NCBI GenBank assembly: GCA_010405405.1
Contig: MU004237.1
Coordinates: 1,003,345 to 1,067,344 of the forward strand
Origin: Microthyrium microscopicum
Taxonomy: Eukaryota
Reading direction: 5' to 3'
DNA length: 64,000 nt
Below the pieces are notes generated by a model that was not told where the DNA came from, made no database searches, and saw only the letters and a program-made list of their open reading frames with translations. Of this stretch, positions 1-11,238 are shown piece after piece; the first letter of the stretch is position 1, and each line of letters starts with the position of its first letter. The position numbers and the translations under genes were made by a program.

Positions 1-2718
1 GAGCGATATAAATTCTTCGACTGGCTTGGCAATTCGCACTGGAAAGAAGCACAAAATTTTCATAACAACATGAGGAAGTATCGTGAACCAGAAACATGCT
101 CTTGGATCTTAAAGGACCAGAGCTGGAAAGATTGGGTTGGGTGTAAAACTCGATGTCTTTGGTAAGTCACCCGAACGAACGGAATGTTCTACGCACCCCA
201 AATACCCCAAATGTAACCATGTAAACTTGGAAGTGCCGTTTTTTACATGTTTTATGACAGGATCAGAGGTATGAAAACTATAAGCTTACAAGTGCTAGGA
301 TATACGGCATTCCAGGATCAGGGAAGTCTGTTCTAGCATCCTACGCAGTAGATGAAGCAAAGACTTTTCCTACCACTATCGGGGATTGCTCTGTCTATTA
401 CTACTGCTACTATGGTCATGCCCAGGATGAAGTAGGTCCTTTTCTCCGAGCCATCATTATTCAGCTATGTGGAAAAACTGGCCTTGATATCAATACATGT
501 CTCAAAACACTTTGCGGTGCATGGAATCACAACATCGAGCCTACCACAGACATTTTGCTGTCTGGCTTGGCAGAGATTTTGAGATCGCTACCTGTCATCT
601 ACGTGATCTTGGACGCTTTGGACGAAAGCCAAAATTCGCAAAATCTCGTAGCATTACTGCATGTGCTCGCAACTGAGGCGAGATTCATAACACTTCATAT
701 TCTGGTTACAAGTCGGCAAGAACGGAGAATTGAGGCTGGAATCACAAGGATAGACAAGTGTTCTAAGATTTCCATGGAGAATCCTCTTTTAGAAGAAGAT
801 ATTCGATGCTGTGTCAAATCCAAGCTACAATCTATTCTGCAATTTGAACAATGGCCGGTACAACTGCTGAAGGAGGTTGAAGAGATAGTTCCGCGAGAAG
901 CAAGAGGAATGTGAGTTTTAGACCCCAAGAGATTATCGACCGGACAGACTGGTCGATAAGATACATGGCGCACTCCCATCAAGTGCGATGGCTACCATCT
1001 GCTACGCTCTATAACGGAGGGTTCTATTTCCCCTAAATGCGTAGAATCATGGATTCTCCATCGAATGCGCTAGGAAGTAAAGCACTTATTCGTTATAGAG
1101 TGCGATGGGAGCACCCTATTGATGGGAGCGCAATCCAGTCTGTCAGCCGGTTGATTGACATGATTTTGCGTTCAAACTAATGTTCTAGCCTTCTAGGTTT
1201 CAATGGGCAGTTTGTCAAATTGAGGAGTTGAAAAGAATCGTGCCTGAACAAGAGGCCGTCTCGAGGGCACTTTCAAACCTTCCTAAGGATTTGAATTTAA
1301 CTTATCGCAGGGTCCTAGACCGGATTGAAGACTCCGATTTGATATTTGTCAAGCATGCCATGATGTGGATCATTCATGAACAGGCGGTTCAAGAAAATTG
1401 CACTCGGGAGCTAAGCCTTACGAGTGAACGATTGTTGGACCAGATTCGTGCGAGCATGAGCAATATTCGCCCCGACTTAGTGGATCGTTACTATAGCTTA
1501 TTAGACCTTCACGATCTATGTGGCTGTCTAATCCGGACCGGAAACAACAGTGTCGCGGAAGTTTCGTTCTCGCATTACACAGTGTATGAGTATCTCAGGA
1601 CGGCTCCTTTTGGTGAAGAACCAAACCTTGGATACTCTTTCAGCAGTCCGTCAGTGATTGCAATCCCATTGAAGATTGCCCTCTTTGATGTTATGAATCC
1701 AAAAGCATTTTCCGACATAAATCTTAGCACTCGGAGACCGACGGTTGATACCATGAGCTGTATGGAATATTTCAGACTTTTTGCAATTCACAGCATCAAT
1801 CATGAGGATGAGATAATAGGCAACGATGAGGAGTTGATGGGTCTCTGGCCTACAATACTGGACCCTTCGAAACCGTATTTTAAAGAGTTGTATGCTATCA
1901 TTCCAAGCATATCCTCTGGAGATTCGCCGCTGGAACAGCTGTGTTTGGGGGCCGGAACTATGATCGAGGAGGACTGGCGCAGTCTCGCACGGGTCGATAT
2001 GCAAAACGCTGATCCTGAGGCAATGCAGCTGCTGTGTATCATACTGCTAACCAATGGCTGCCTCGCTGAAAGATTCTTGGCCAAACACTCAGATTCGTAT
2101 CAAAGACTGCTCAAGATACATTTCAAGGCTCAGCTACGCATAGGAGAACGAGAGCATAAATCATTTGGCTTCTTCTCTCAAGACTTTGTTGGAACAATAT
2201 TTGAGTACCTTATGATTGGTTACCACAGTTGCGATCCTGTACTGGAATGGCTTCTCCATTTTGATCATACTACAGTCGACCTTGATCTGTCAATGATGCT
2301 GTTACTTTCACGGCCGTTCTCTGCCAAACGCCATCGATCGCGTCCAAGACCCAGTCTACTCAATAACTTGATATCAAAAGGGGCCAATGTTAATGTAGAC
2401 ACGTATTTTATGACACCGTTGCAGCTAGCATCATACAATGGCGATGACATGTCGGTAGAAGTTTTGATTGCGGCGCGGGCAGATCCGAATGCACTTCATA
2501 ATCAGCATGGGGTGCTTGAAAAGGAGAAGATAGAAACCGCGGAGCCGATCGGCGATAATAGTCCACTACGTTTGCTTCGAATGGGCCATGAGTATCACAA
2601 GGACCAAATCGGCAGACCGTGTGTACGTGAGAGCTACGGATCCTTCTTCATGCACAACAAAACGAGGGAATTATTGATAAAGGCAGGGGGCCGTGATTTT
2701 ACTCGGATGAGTACTTAG
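1..2718 (+). CDS. NACHT-NTPase / ankyrin-repeat protein (fungal NLR-like), 5'-truncated by the window; introns 162-298 and 911-1196
   Basis: The spliced frame gives REPETCSWIL...CLW|IYGIPGSGKS (Walker A), YVILDALDE (Walker B), ILVTSR, GM|FQWAVCQ, LPKDLNLTYRRVL and FSHYTVYEYL, then C-terminal ankyrin-like TPLQLAS...ADPN. Both introns have GT-AG boundaries. Confidence 0.9.
935..1155. repeat. ~220-bp fold-back (nested inverted repeat, MITE-like) element inside intron 2 of the NACHT gene
   Basis: Three arm pairs: ATCGACCGGACAGACTGG (935-952) with CCAGTCTGTCAGCCGGTTGAT (1135-1155); CACTCCCATCAA with TTGATGGGAGCG; CGCTCTATAACG with CGTTATAGAGTG. A homologous copy lies in opposite orientation at ~51113-51303. 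Confidence 0.8.
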
Positions 2719-3191
2719 TAAACTTAGTCTCTACCACACAAACAACCGAACTATCTCATGAGTTATCACAGACCAAATTACAACCACCTAGACTGAGCGT
2801 ATTGACCGGCCTGGTGAATGTAGGAGAAAGACTAGTAGATGTTTGCACTAGAGATACACCATCGTTTTTGTTTCTTGATATAGCAACACGAAATCGCTAT
2901 CTAACATTTGGTACTAACTCTCACGTCCATAACGGCATCCCATTCAAGGATATCTATTTCAAATTTTGTCTCACACTATTATACATGATTTTTATCTTTG
3001 ATAGTCTACGCAGTTGATGGGAAAAGTCGTATTTTGTTAATTGCGGAGTACATGGAATCCGCGCTGACGGTGCCTGATCTTGCGATCTCTGTGTTTAAGA
3101 GAGCGTGCATGATTATCACATTTGGAGAGATAATGTTCGCTCTCAATGGAAATTGTCACCATGGTGAAGTCAAAGTAGTGGCTGTCAATCT

Positions 3192-5001
3192 CTAAGTCGT
3201 TGGCCATGTACCCAAAACAAGCAATTCAATCCTCTGTATAAGAAATTCAACCTTGCGATGGTTCCCACAACCCAGGGAGCCTCGAGTAACAGTTCCAACT
3301 GCGTCTAGTGACAGTGTAGACACTACGCCTGCTCCAGTCTCCACACGTATTGCCCAATTAACCGTTCCTTCGGCTCCCGTCCGATCCATTGATCCTCGTC
3401 CAACCTCGCTTGAGCATTGTAGAGGCTCAAGCGCAAATATAATACTCTCTGGAAGTTCAGTTGTCGTGATATGACTGTCAGCAGACCCCCTTGTTTGGCG
3501 AAGAAAAGCACCACAGACGAAGTCACAGGCACCTTGCGGGCTCTCATCTGCAGAAAATAACCGAGATCCAGAAACCAGAATAAGCATCTCATGCCTACCT
3601 ATCAGTTTTAGCTTATCAATGCCCTCAAGAATGGCACCAAGTTCGCCCGTCAATAAGCTTGCGTTTTGTAATTGATACTGCGACCAAGCATCTAGAGTAT
3701 CTAGGGCGAATAGGATTTGCGCCAGACGAGGGGATGTTAGAAGGCTGGACTGATTGTGCAGGGCGGGTATAAAGGTGGTGATGTTTGAGTACTTTAGCTG
3801 TTGAGAGGCTGAGGGATATCCACGATCGCAATAGTCAGGGCTGAAGACACCTGAGCCCATTGTATTCTTAGGGCTGGAAGTAGCGGGTGGTGCAAGGAAG
3901 AGTTCTAAAAGGCATGGAAAGTATTCAACAGCATGAGGCTACATAAACACTGTCAGCATCCTAGGCTCATCCGCTTTGTGGGATAGCGATACGTACCGCG
4001 ACTTGCTTGAAGAGATAATCGAAATGTTCCCAATTAAAGTCAGACTCGACTTGTGACTTGAAGTGACCTTGGATTGTAGCAAGAATTGACTCTGTTGCTT
4101 TCCTGAGCCCCTGGCTATGCTCAGGAGTGTTTTCGATTTGAAGATCTTGACGGCGAAGTCTCAGTATCATCAAAGATCGCAGGAGAACTTCAATAGTCTT
4201 GAATCTTATACTCCCATCTAGTCTCCTTGAAAAGGAAGATGGAAAGCTACTGGCGGGCGGCAGTGGTGGTGCTCTATAAGGTGTATGGCATGGGTTCGGC
4301 CGCTTCCATCGTTTATCTGCTAGATAGGCCAAAGTGGCTTTCAAATCTTGATCATCTTCTTCTGTTTGAGTGACGGGCTCGTCAGTCATAGTGTTCTTTT
4401 CAATCGCAAGACTTTGAAAGATAATTCGCCGATAGGTATCTTGTTGATTTTCAGCGTCTGGGTGCTTAGCGAAACGCCCAGAGAGCATGACCAGAGCCGT
4501 GCTGAAAACTTGAAAGTTAAGGCGCGGTGCTGTGTCCATGAGATACGGGAAGGAACCGAGGCGAAGAAGTAAACGGTATAAAGAACCGACATCCAGTGAG
4601 AGGATTGGACAATTGTTGGTGATGATCTGACTGAAAACTCTAGTAAACGTCTCTTCAGTCCAATCTAAAGGATGTTTAGACTTTATTCAAGTCTTCTTCA
4701 TCCATGCGAGTAGCATCTACGTACATTTCTCAATATTTTCTGTGTCTTTGGAACAATGTTGGTTAAACAAATGACTGAGATAGACGAACTCCTCATACTG
4801 TAAGCAATCGTAGGCCAAGTACAGCGCAAACTTGCTCTGCAATGATTCTGGCTCGCATCAGCTCGGATATACTTGCAGAACGATACAATTAATCATACCT
4901 TTGCTTGTGAGAGGCTTCATGAAACTTCCTAAGCTCTCTGCATTGCGGAGTCTTTCGCCAGATCGGACCTTGTCAAGTCGTGAAGAAGGAGCTTGGCCCA
5001 T
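3192..5001 (-). CDS. Rtc5-like TLDc-family protein (divergent), at least 3 introns
   Basis: The spliced N-terminus reads MGQAPSS (myristoylation-type start) ... K|YWTEETF ... LYRLLLRLGSFPY ... FSTALVMLSGR ... YRRIIFQSLA, resembling the fungal Rtc5 N-terminus from memory. The C-terminal LILVSGS...GAFL...IFALEP segment resembles a TLDc domain. Confidence 0.6.
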
Positions 5002-5485
5002 TTCATTATCTGCTCTAAGTCAAAGTGGTTCTTCGACCATGAAACTGTTGGAGTAATCGTGGTGAAGGTGGAAGCCAGCGGGCAGGTAGGCTGGTGGGAC
5101 ATCGAATTGCTAGGCAGCGGTACGAATCCTGCTGGTCAGAATCGAGGATGCGCAATTATAGACCAAACAGGGTTCACCATTGGACCCAAATGGCAGAGAT
5201 ATCTTGTCTTCACTTTGACATCGATTTTCCCAGTCTATACCAGTAAATCGTAAAGTGACTGATTCCGTAGCAGCCATTCAGGATTATTCTGGCACAATGT
5301 TATGGATTCTCAGACGAATATGGGCACGGAATAGACAGAAAATATATTTTGAAATCTTTCCCAACTCCTACCGTAATAAAATGCTCTCTAGCATTCATTT
5401 GCCCCACAAAACTCCGTACTCATACAAATTCCTGCTCTCCATATCCACTTCTACACATCCTTATCCTGCGATCCCCTCATCCATT

Positions 5486-5641
5486 TCAGCTCTTCCCTGC
5501 CTTCACAATTTTTCGACCCTTCTCATCGACCTGTTCGTCGTCTTGCTTGTTGACCTCGAGAAAATGATATAGCACAATGAGTAGAACGCTGGCTGAGCCA
5601 AGGAATAGCGCTAGCGAGTATAGTTGGCTGTCTGTGATCAT
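5486..5641 (-). CDS. OST4: Oligosaccharyltransferase subunit Ost4 (51 aa)
   Basis: MITDSQLYSLALFLGSASVLLIVLYHFLEVN matches the Ost4 family pattern (MIxDxxL...LIVLYHF). Confidence 0.93.
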   Translation of the reverse strand: MITDSQLYSLALFLGSASVLLIVLYHFLEVNKQDDEQVDEKGRKIVKAGKS

Positions 5642-6121
5642 ATTGACGGTATTTTCGCGGTGGAAGCTGTTGTAGAGAGAGTTCGAGCGCGTGGAGTATT
5701 TCTGGTGGTTGAGATTCGTTTTCGGTGCGGAAAAATTGGGGAGTCGTTGGAGACTCGTACTGAGTTTATGCGCTTTGTGGTAATTGAGAGCGATATGATA
5801 GTTTTTGGGTGGAGGTGACTTTATGGTTGTTGGAGTTAAGGGGAGGTTGAGGACAAGTCGAAACGTTGCAGGAGCTTCAACTCTCTCTAAGTCTGTGCGC
5901 AATTTTGGGTGTGAACCAATCAGCGGTCGATAACCCCGACGCGCAAGGCTGAGACTGAGAACTTGGACCTTATGATTTTGAATTACAATGCAAAAGTTTC
6001 ACGGAAATTGGAGGAAAGGTGAGTTACTATGAGGGAAATTGCTATTTTGGGTGCGTTTCTTTAAAACATATTCAGCGTTTTAGTGTTTCAACAGCCATTT
6101 CTCGCTCCAAGAAGTTTACGT

Positions 6122-7080
6122 CTACCATTTCTCAACAGATCTAAAGAGAACAATTAGCTTATAACTATGGTCTGATTAGATATTGAATACGTACGGTCGA
6201 ATGTCAATTTCCCACGTGAAAGCAGACCTAGGTTGAGTATGAAGGTGCCAATAAGCATCAGCAATCTGCACGTTATTAGTCTAGCCATTTCACGAGTATT
6301 TAACAAACTTACTGCTTCCGGGCTGATCAGAGCATCCGGTCCAGCATCTTTTCCTTTCCATGCTCTGGCTCGTTCGGAGTCGATGCCTCCATCAATGATA
6401 GCATGACCAACATGTACGCCTTGAGGACCAAACTCCTTGGCCAGAGAAGAAGAGAGAGCTCGAAGAGCATATTTACCAGTGTTGAAGGCCGATACTTGCG
6501 CGTTGGCTTTGACACTAGCTGTAGCACCAGTGTGGATCAAAGTTGGTGGGTACTTTGACTCCTCCTTCACTCCACGGAGAAGCAGTGCTAGTGATTGTTG
6601 GGAGAATAGGAATCCTCCACGGCTGGCAGTCATTAGCTGAGCTGTCTGCGTGATAGCGTTTATCCTTCTGGAAGTTGCACTCACATGGACACGTCCCAGC
6701 CCTTGCTAATATCCTCCAAAGCAAGCTCCAAGAACGGTTTGCGGACAAAACCACCGCTTGCATTGAAGATCGCTGCCTGAAAACAACAATTAGATGCATC
6801 TTGAGTTAAATAAAGGCGTTCTTACGGCAGCGCCAACGTCATCACCAAACTCCTTCTTCACCTGCGCAAATGCATTGGATACACTTGTTGGATCCGAGAT
6901 ATCCGTGCTAATGCCCAATGCCTTTCCGCCCTTTCCATTGATCTCTTTGACAAGCTCATTGAAGTTGTCTGGATTCCTGGCTAGTAATACCACTGGGTAG
7001 GATTCTGCGAACTTGCGAGCTACAGCCGCACCTGTTCCTGGGCCTACGCCGGCGATGATGGTAATGAGTTTGCTGGCCAT
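6122..7080 (-). CDS. Short-chain dehydrogenase/reductase, multi-exon
   Basis: Rossmann motif IIAGVGPGTG, TGATAS...AFNTGKYALRAL, HAIIDGGID and the spliced C-terminus WEIDIRP|SVEKW*. Confidence 0.88.
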
Positions 7081-7686
7081 TTTCTTGATTTGAGTTGATT
7101 CCGTTTTGTTGCGGATGAATAGTGAATTGATACAGAGATTTTGACAATCGGTTCGTTGATATACAACTTTAAGGGGGATGATGGTTGATGCGTTGATCTT
7201 TGATTTGAAATACCCGCTTGTGATTAGAGTACAGATCCCCCTCTCGGCGGCGGACCAACAGCGACAGGAAGTGAAGATGCGTTTGGATAACGCCATACAT
7301 GTTGTTAATTAGCTCTTTGTACCCAGTAATTCTCTTTGGTATTTTTCAGACAATGCCTTGAATTGAACAACAAAACAGCAGGAGAATTTGGCCAACCAGT
7401 ACTTGCCTAACGTCAAGACTGGGGCAGAATATGCATTGCTGAAGTCGACAAGTTGACAACTTCCAAGGTTGAAAAAAATCCAAAGCTCATTATGTACAAC
7501 GTATGTTATGCAAATAATGGTTAAGCAAAATCAATTAGTCGTGAATTGATAAGTATTATCATGCTATGATACAGTCTATTCTATGATACAGAAGGCAATT
7601 CTTTGGCAAATAACGCTGAAACTGATGCGGATTGGAATATTGCCATACGTTATCAGAACGCCCGGCTAGATATTGAAACGTCATGT

Positions 7687-8967
7687 TCATTCCTTTTTGA
7701 CTTCACCGTTATGTTCAATGGCTTTTATCCTCTTACTTCGTCTAGATCCAGGTTGAGTACTGCCAGGCTGCGTGTTTCCAGACTCGGTCTTCACATTTGT
7801 ATTGGTAGCATTTTCCTGAGCTTTCTTCTCTTTCGTTCTCCGTATGGCGCTCTCTTTCTCAAGAGATTGGATCGTTTCTTCCGTCGTTTCCCAGAGTCGT
7901 TTTTGCGTTTCTTCGTTATGTACCTCTGGTCGCTGTATTGGTACCACTTGGCACTCCTTGACTAGGAAGCCATCCTTTGCTTGTCCGTGTCCTGCTAGTG
8001 ATGCTTCCGTAACAGCCCACAAGAAACTCTGAGCTCCCTGCTCAGGCGACTTGAGAATAAGCCACCAGAATGGGTAGGTGACAAGGTACAGGAACAGTCC
8101 CCAAAGCGTACCGCGTGTCAGGTATCTCCGCATGCCTGGTGTTCTTGTCCAGCCCGGGTCCACACATAAGACTCTTATATTTGTTGGCAAACCATCTCCT
8201 CGTCCAGTCTCCGTTAGATGCTTCTGCAGCGCCAGACAAAATGTCAATAGTGCGAGTTTTGTGGTGCCGTATATCTTCGATGGCGTGAAATCTTTCATGC
8301 TCAATGTCTTCTTCGTCTTGTTCTCTTTCATTTCGACCTGCGCCAACTCTCCAAGATCACCGCCCATATAGCTTGCACACATGCCCGTGATAACTCGTAC
8401 ATCGCGATCCGCCGGTTGCGCGCGGAGAGCTGGGCTCAGTATGCTCGCCAGGTGGAAGTTTGACAGATAATTGACAGCCATCATACGCTCCGCGCCATCA
8501 ATGCTGCGCTGTATACCAGGCGTGCATTCGTCGCCGCACAGAATCACCAAGTCCAGCCGGCGCGCCGGCTTATTATCGATCCACTTCGTCGCAAACTGCC
8601 GGACCGAATGTAATGATGCAAGATCAACGTGTTCCGCAGAAATCAGCTCGTTGCCAGTGGTTGCGCGTAGGTCTTCGATCCAAGCTGCTTGGAAGGCATC
8701 ATCGAGCGGATGTCGGACAAGAAGGACAAGCTGGCAACCGCGCGTAGCGAGTTCGCGAACTAAGGCTGCGCCAACGCCGCTGGTCCCGCCAGTGACGATG
8801 GCAACTTTGCTGTGGAGGACGCGTTCGCTGGGATTTGTGGCGCCGGCGGTGTAGTTTTTGATGAGGTAGAGGAGACCGAAGACGACGCCGATTTTTAGCA
8901 GTAGAGGAAGATAGGGAATTCCCCCAACACCGACGGTCGCAACGGCTTCTAGTAGGGGGATGGGCAT
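7687..8967 (-). CDS. PBR1: Membrane-associated SDR oxidoreductase, Pbr1/YNL181W-like
   Basis: N-terminal TM segment, ERVLHSKVAIVTGGTSGVG and FATKWIDNKPARRLD. These motifs match yeast Pbr1 as I recall it. Confidence 0.8.
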   Translation of the reverse strand: MPIPLLEAVATVGVGGIPYLPLLLKIGVVFGLLYLIKNYTAGATNPSERVLHSKVAIVTGGTSGVGAALVRELATRGCQLVLLVRHPLDDAFQAAWIEDLRATTGNELISAEHVDLASLHSVRQFATKWIDNKPARRLDLVILCGDECTPGIQRSIDGAERMMAVNYLSNFHLASILSPALRAQPADRDVRVITGMCASYMGGDLGELAQVEMKENKTKKTLSMKDFTPSKIYGTTKLALLTFCLALQKHLTETGRGDGLPTNIRVLCVDPGWTRTPGMRRYLTRGTLWGLFLYLVTYPFWWLILKSPEQGAQSFLWAVTEASLAGHGQAKDGFLVKECQVVPIQRPEVHNEETQKRLWETTEETIQSLEKESAIRRTKEKKAQENATNTNVKTESGNTQPGSTQPGSRRSKRIKAIEHNGEVKKE

Positions 8968-9258
8968 TGCAGACGATGGGGATGAAGAAGGGAGGGAAAG
9001 GGGTGGGAATTGTTGGCGATGGTGATGTTGTTGCGTCAATGCACGCCATAGATTTATCCTGGTTGTTCTTCAGTCACCGGACTGAACTCCATATCCAACT
9101 CCACTCTTCTTTTTATTTTCATACCAAAGACACGTTTTAGGATTTTAAGATCAAATGAATGACTAGAGTTTTGTCTGGTACCCTAGTAGAAAGTTTCGCG
9201 TCGACTGAACGAACTGCTGAGAGCATTTGACCTCACACCATTTCTTCATGAATTCATC

Positions 9259-9935
9259 ATGACCTCGGTGAACATCGAGTTGGAAGATCGCATATGTATG
9301 GAAGAGCCATTCAGGCCCTTCTATAGCATATTTGACCATAAGCCCATTTTAGTCAAGCAGTAAGCTGTAATATCTTCCTGGTACGTTTAATGTCTAACCC
9401 GCAAATAGGCGGAATGATAACGAAGGTTTCATTTTCGCGAGGACTCCTCTTCTGGGAACACTTCTATTTGATAATGTCACATCTGATGCCCGTGATCACT
9501 GTGCCAATGAACGAAGTAAGTACAACCGTATCTAAAGAAATACGACTGACAACCAAAGCTTTCTTATCTTGGCTGAGACTGGGAGTCTATATGGCCGTCG
9601 TCTCAGTCGCTATAGTCATGAGTTTCCATTTGAAAACAAAACCCAGTCAAGCAGAACTTAGAGTGGCACTGCCGTTTGGAATCTTGTTCTGGTTGCTATC
9701 ACTGGCATGTCTGATGTCGGGTTTGGCAAATTATGTGAGAACAGTAATGAGGTATAGCGAGCGGCAAGCAATAGTCCAGTCAGGGTGGAAAACTGAGCTG
9801 GCAGGTCAATCTGGTTCTTGTTTTATCATCGTTGCTAACATGTTACAGGTCTTCACAGTCGTGGCGGTAGCAATAGTGGCAGCCTGTGTGCTTTTTCTGT
9901 CCACCAACGCCTCGAGTAAGTCAAAAAATAGTTAG
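9259..9935 (+). CDS. DUF202 (YidH-like) small membrane protein, 3 probable introns
   Basis: The spliced frame gives DARDHCANER|TFLSWLR, the DUF202 signature, followed by three hydrophobic helices. Confidence 0.85.
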
Positions 9936-10008
9936 TGTACAAATGACAATCATCTTCTATTATGGTACAGTAATCCCGCATTTCTCATTACACATAAGTA
10001 AAACACGA

Positions 10009-11004
10009 CTAGATATCCATGTTCAAAATTGCCCAAGTACCATCATCTTCAGTTGCGAATGTGAGACCGGCATCTTGAAGCTCATCGCCAGCTCTCTTTG
10101 CCACATTGATGGGTAGATTGATTGCCTGAGCAATGACTTCTACATTGAGTCCTTCGTGGCCTTGAGGCTGGGTTTCGAGGAACTTGTACACTTGGCGTGC
10201 GTGTTCACTCACTCTGGCAAGTTTCGGGTTCATGCCAGCGCCACCTGCACCTGCACTATATCCATCATACATTGCCGAGTCACCGCCATTCTGTCCTGCT
10301 GTTGCGCCATTCCCAGCGTTGGGCTCCCCTCTTGTGAGTTGCAGATGGACGAGAGTGGCTTCGAGGAAGTGGTGGGGTATCTCGTTCGGATCGTCGATCT
10401 TTCGCACAAAATTTGCTCCCACATGTCGTTTGTCATTGAAAGCTTTCAATGTACCAAAGACCTTGACGTAATCATCTTGGCTGGGTAGGTTAGGCATCGA
10501 TCCATCCTGAATGCGGTCTTTCTGAGCAGAGTCCGTCCACTTCTTCACTTCCATGACACCCGTCCCGTCGTCGATTGAATAGCGAATATGAGTTTCGAGT
10601 ATGGCTACTTTGCGGACTTGGCCTATGAAAGTGATCTTCTCAATTAGTTATGTCGACGTCTGTAACAGCAAAGTGCATACCGTTTTGAAAGTTTTACCAT
10701 CCATCATGAAATCTGTCTGATTACCCATGTCTTGAGCATCGTTCAACTGCTTAATGGTGATAGGCCGCACGCTTTCGTCTTTGAAGTCTCTAGTCTATTC
10801 AACATTAGATCGCTCGATACGCAGTAGAATAAGTGCTCACTTTTGCCCCGCTTGGACTTGTCTGACTGCCTGGCATGAAGCCTCCTCCACCAGCTCCGCC
10901 TTGGCCTCCATACGAGGTGTTGTTGTACTGATTTCCGCCTCCGTAGCCGTAGTCTAGGAGCGTCAGTTGTCAGTTTTCTTTGGTCAGCAGGAAAACATAC
11001 CCAT
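10009..11004 (-). CDS. RFA2: Replication protein A 32-kDa subunit, multi-exon
   Basis: Gly-rich N-terminus, VRPITIKQL, an OB-fold (ITFIGQVR...YSIDDGTG...HFLEATLVHL) and a C-terminal winged helix (HEGL...TFATEDDGTWAIL). Confidence 0.92.
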
Positions 11005-11060
11005 TGTTGCGATGTGGTGAATTGAATATGTCTTCGTAGAAAGGATGTTCTCAACTAAGG

Positions 11061-11082
11061 ACGCGTCGAAGATTGGACGCGT
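11061..11082. promoter_or_regulatory. Pair of MCB (ACGCGT) cell-cycle boxes upstream of RFA2
   Basis: ACGCGT at 11061-11066 and 11077-11082, 57-78 bp upstream of the RFA2 ATG. RPA genes are known MBF targets in yeasts. Confidence 0.65.
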
Positions 11083-11238
11083 CAAAGCAAAATCGCATGG
11101 TCACATGACCTGAATTTTCGCGGGGCAAATTCCAGTTTATTTTTTCGACTTGAACATTTTGGAAGCTCGACTGGCATCGAAATACCAACCTCGAAAGAAT
11201 TCTCTTCTGCCCTACCCAAGCATATCTACACAACAATC

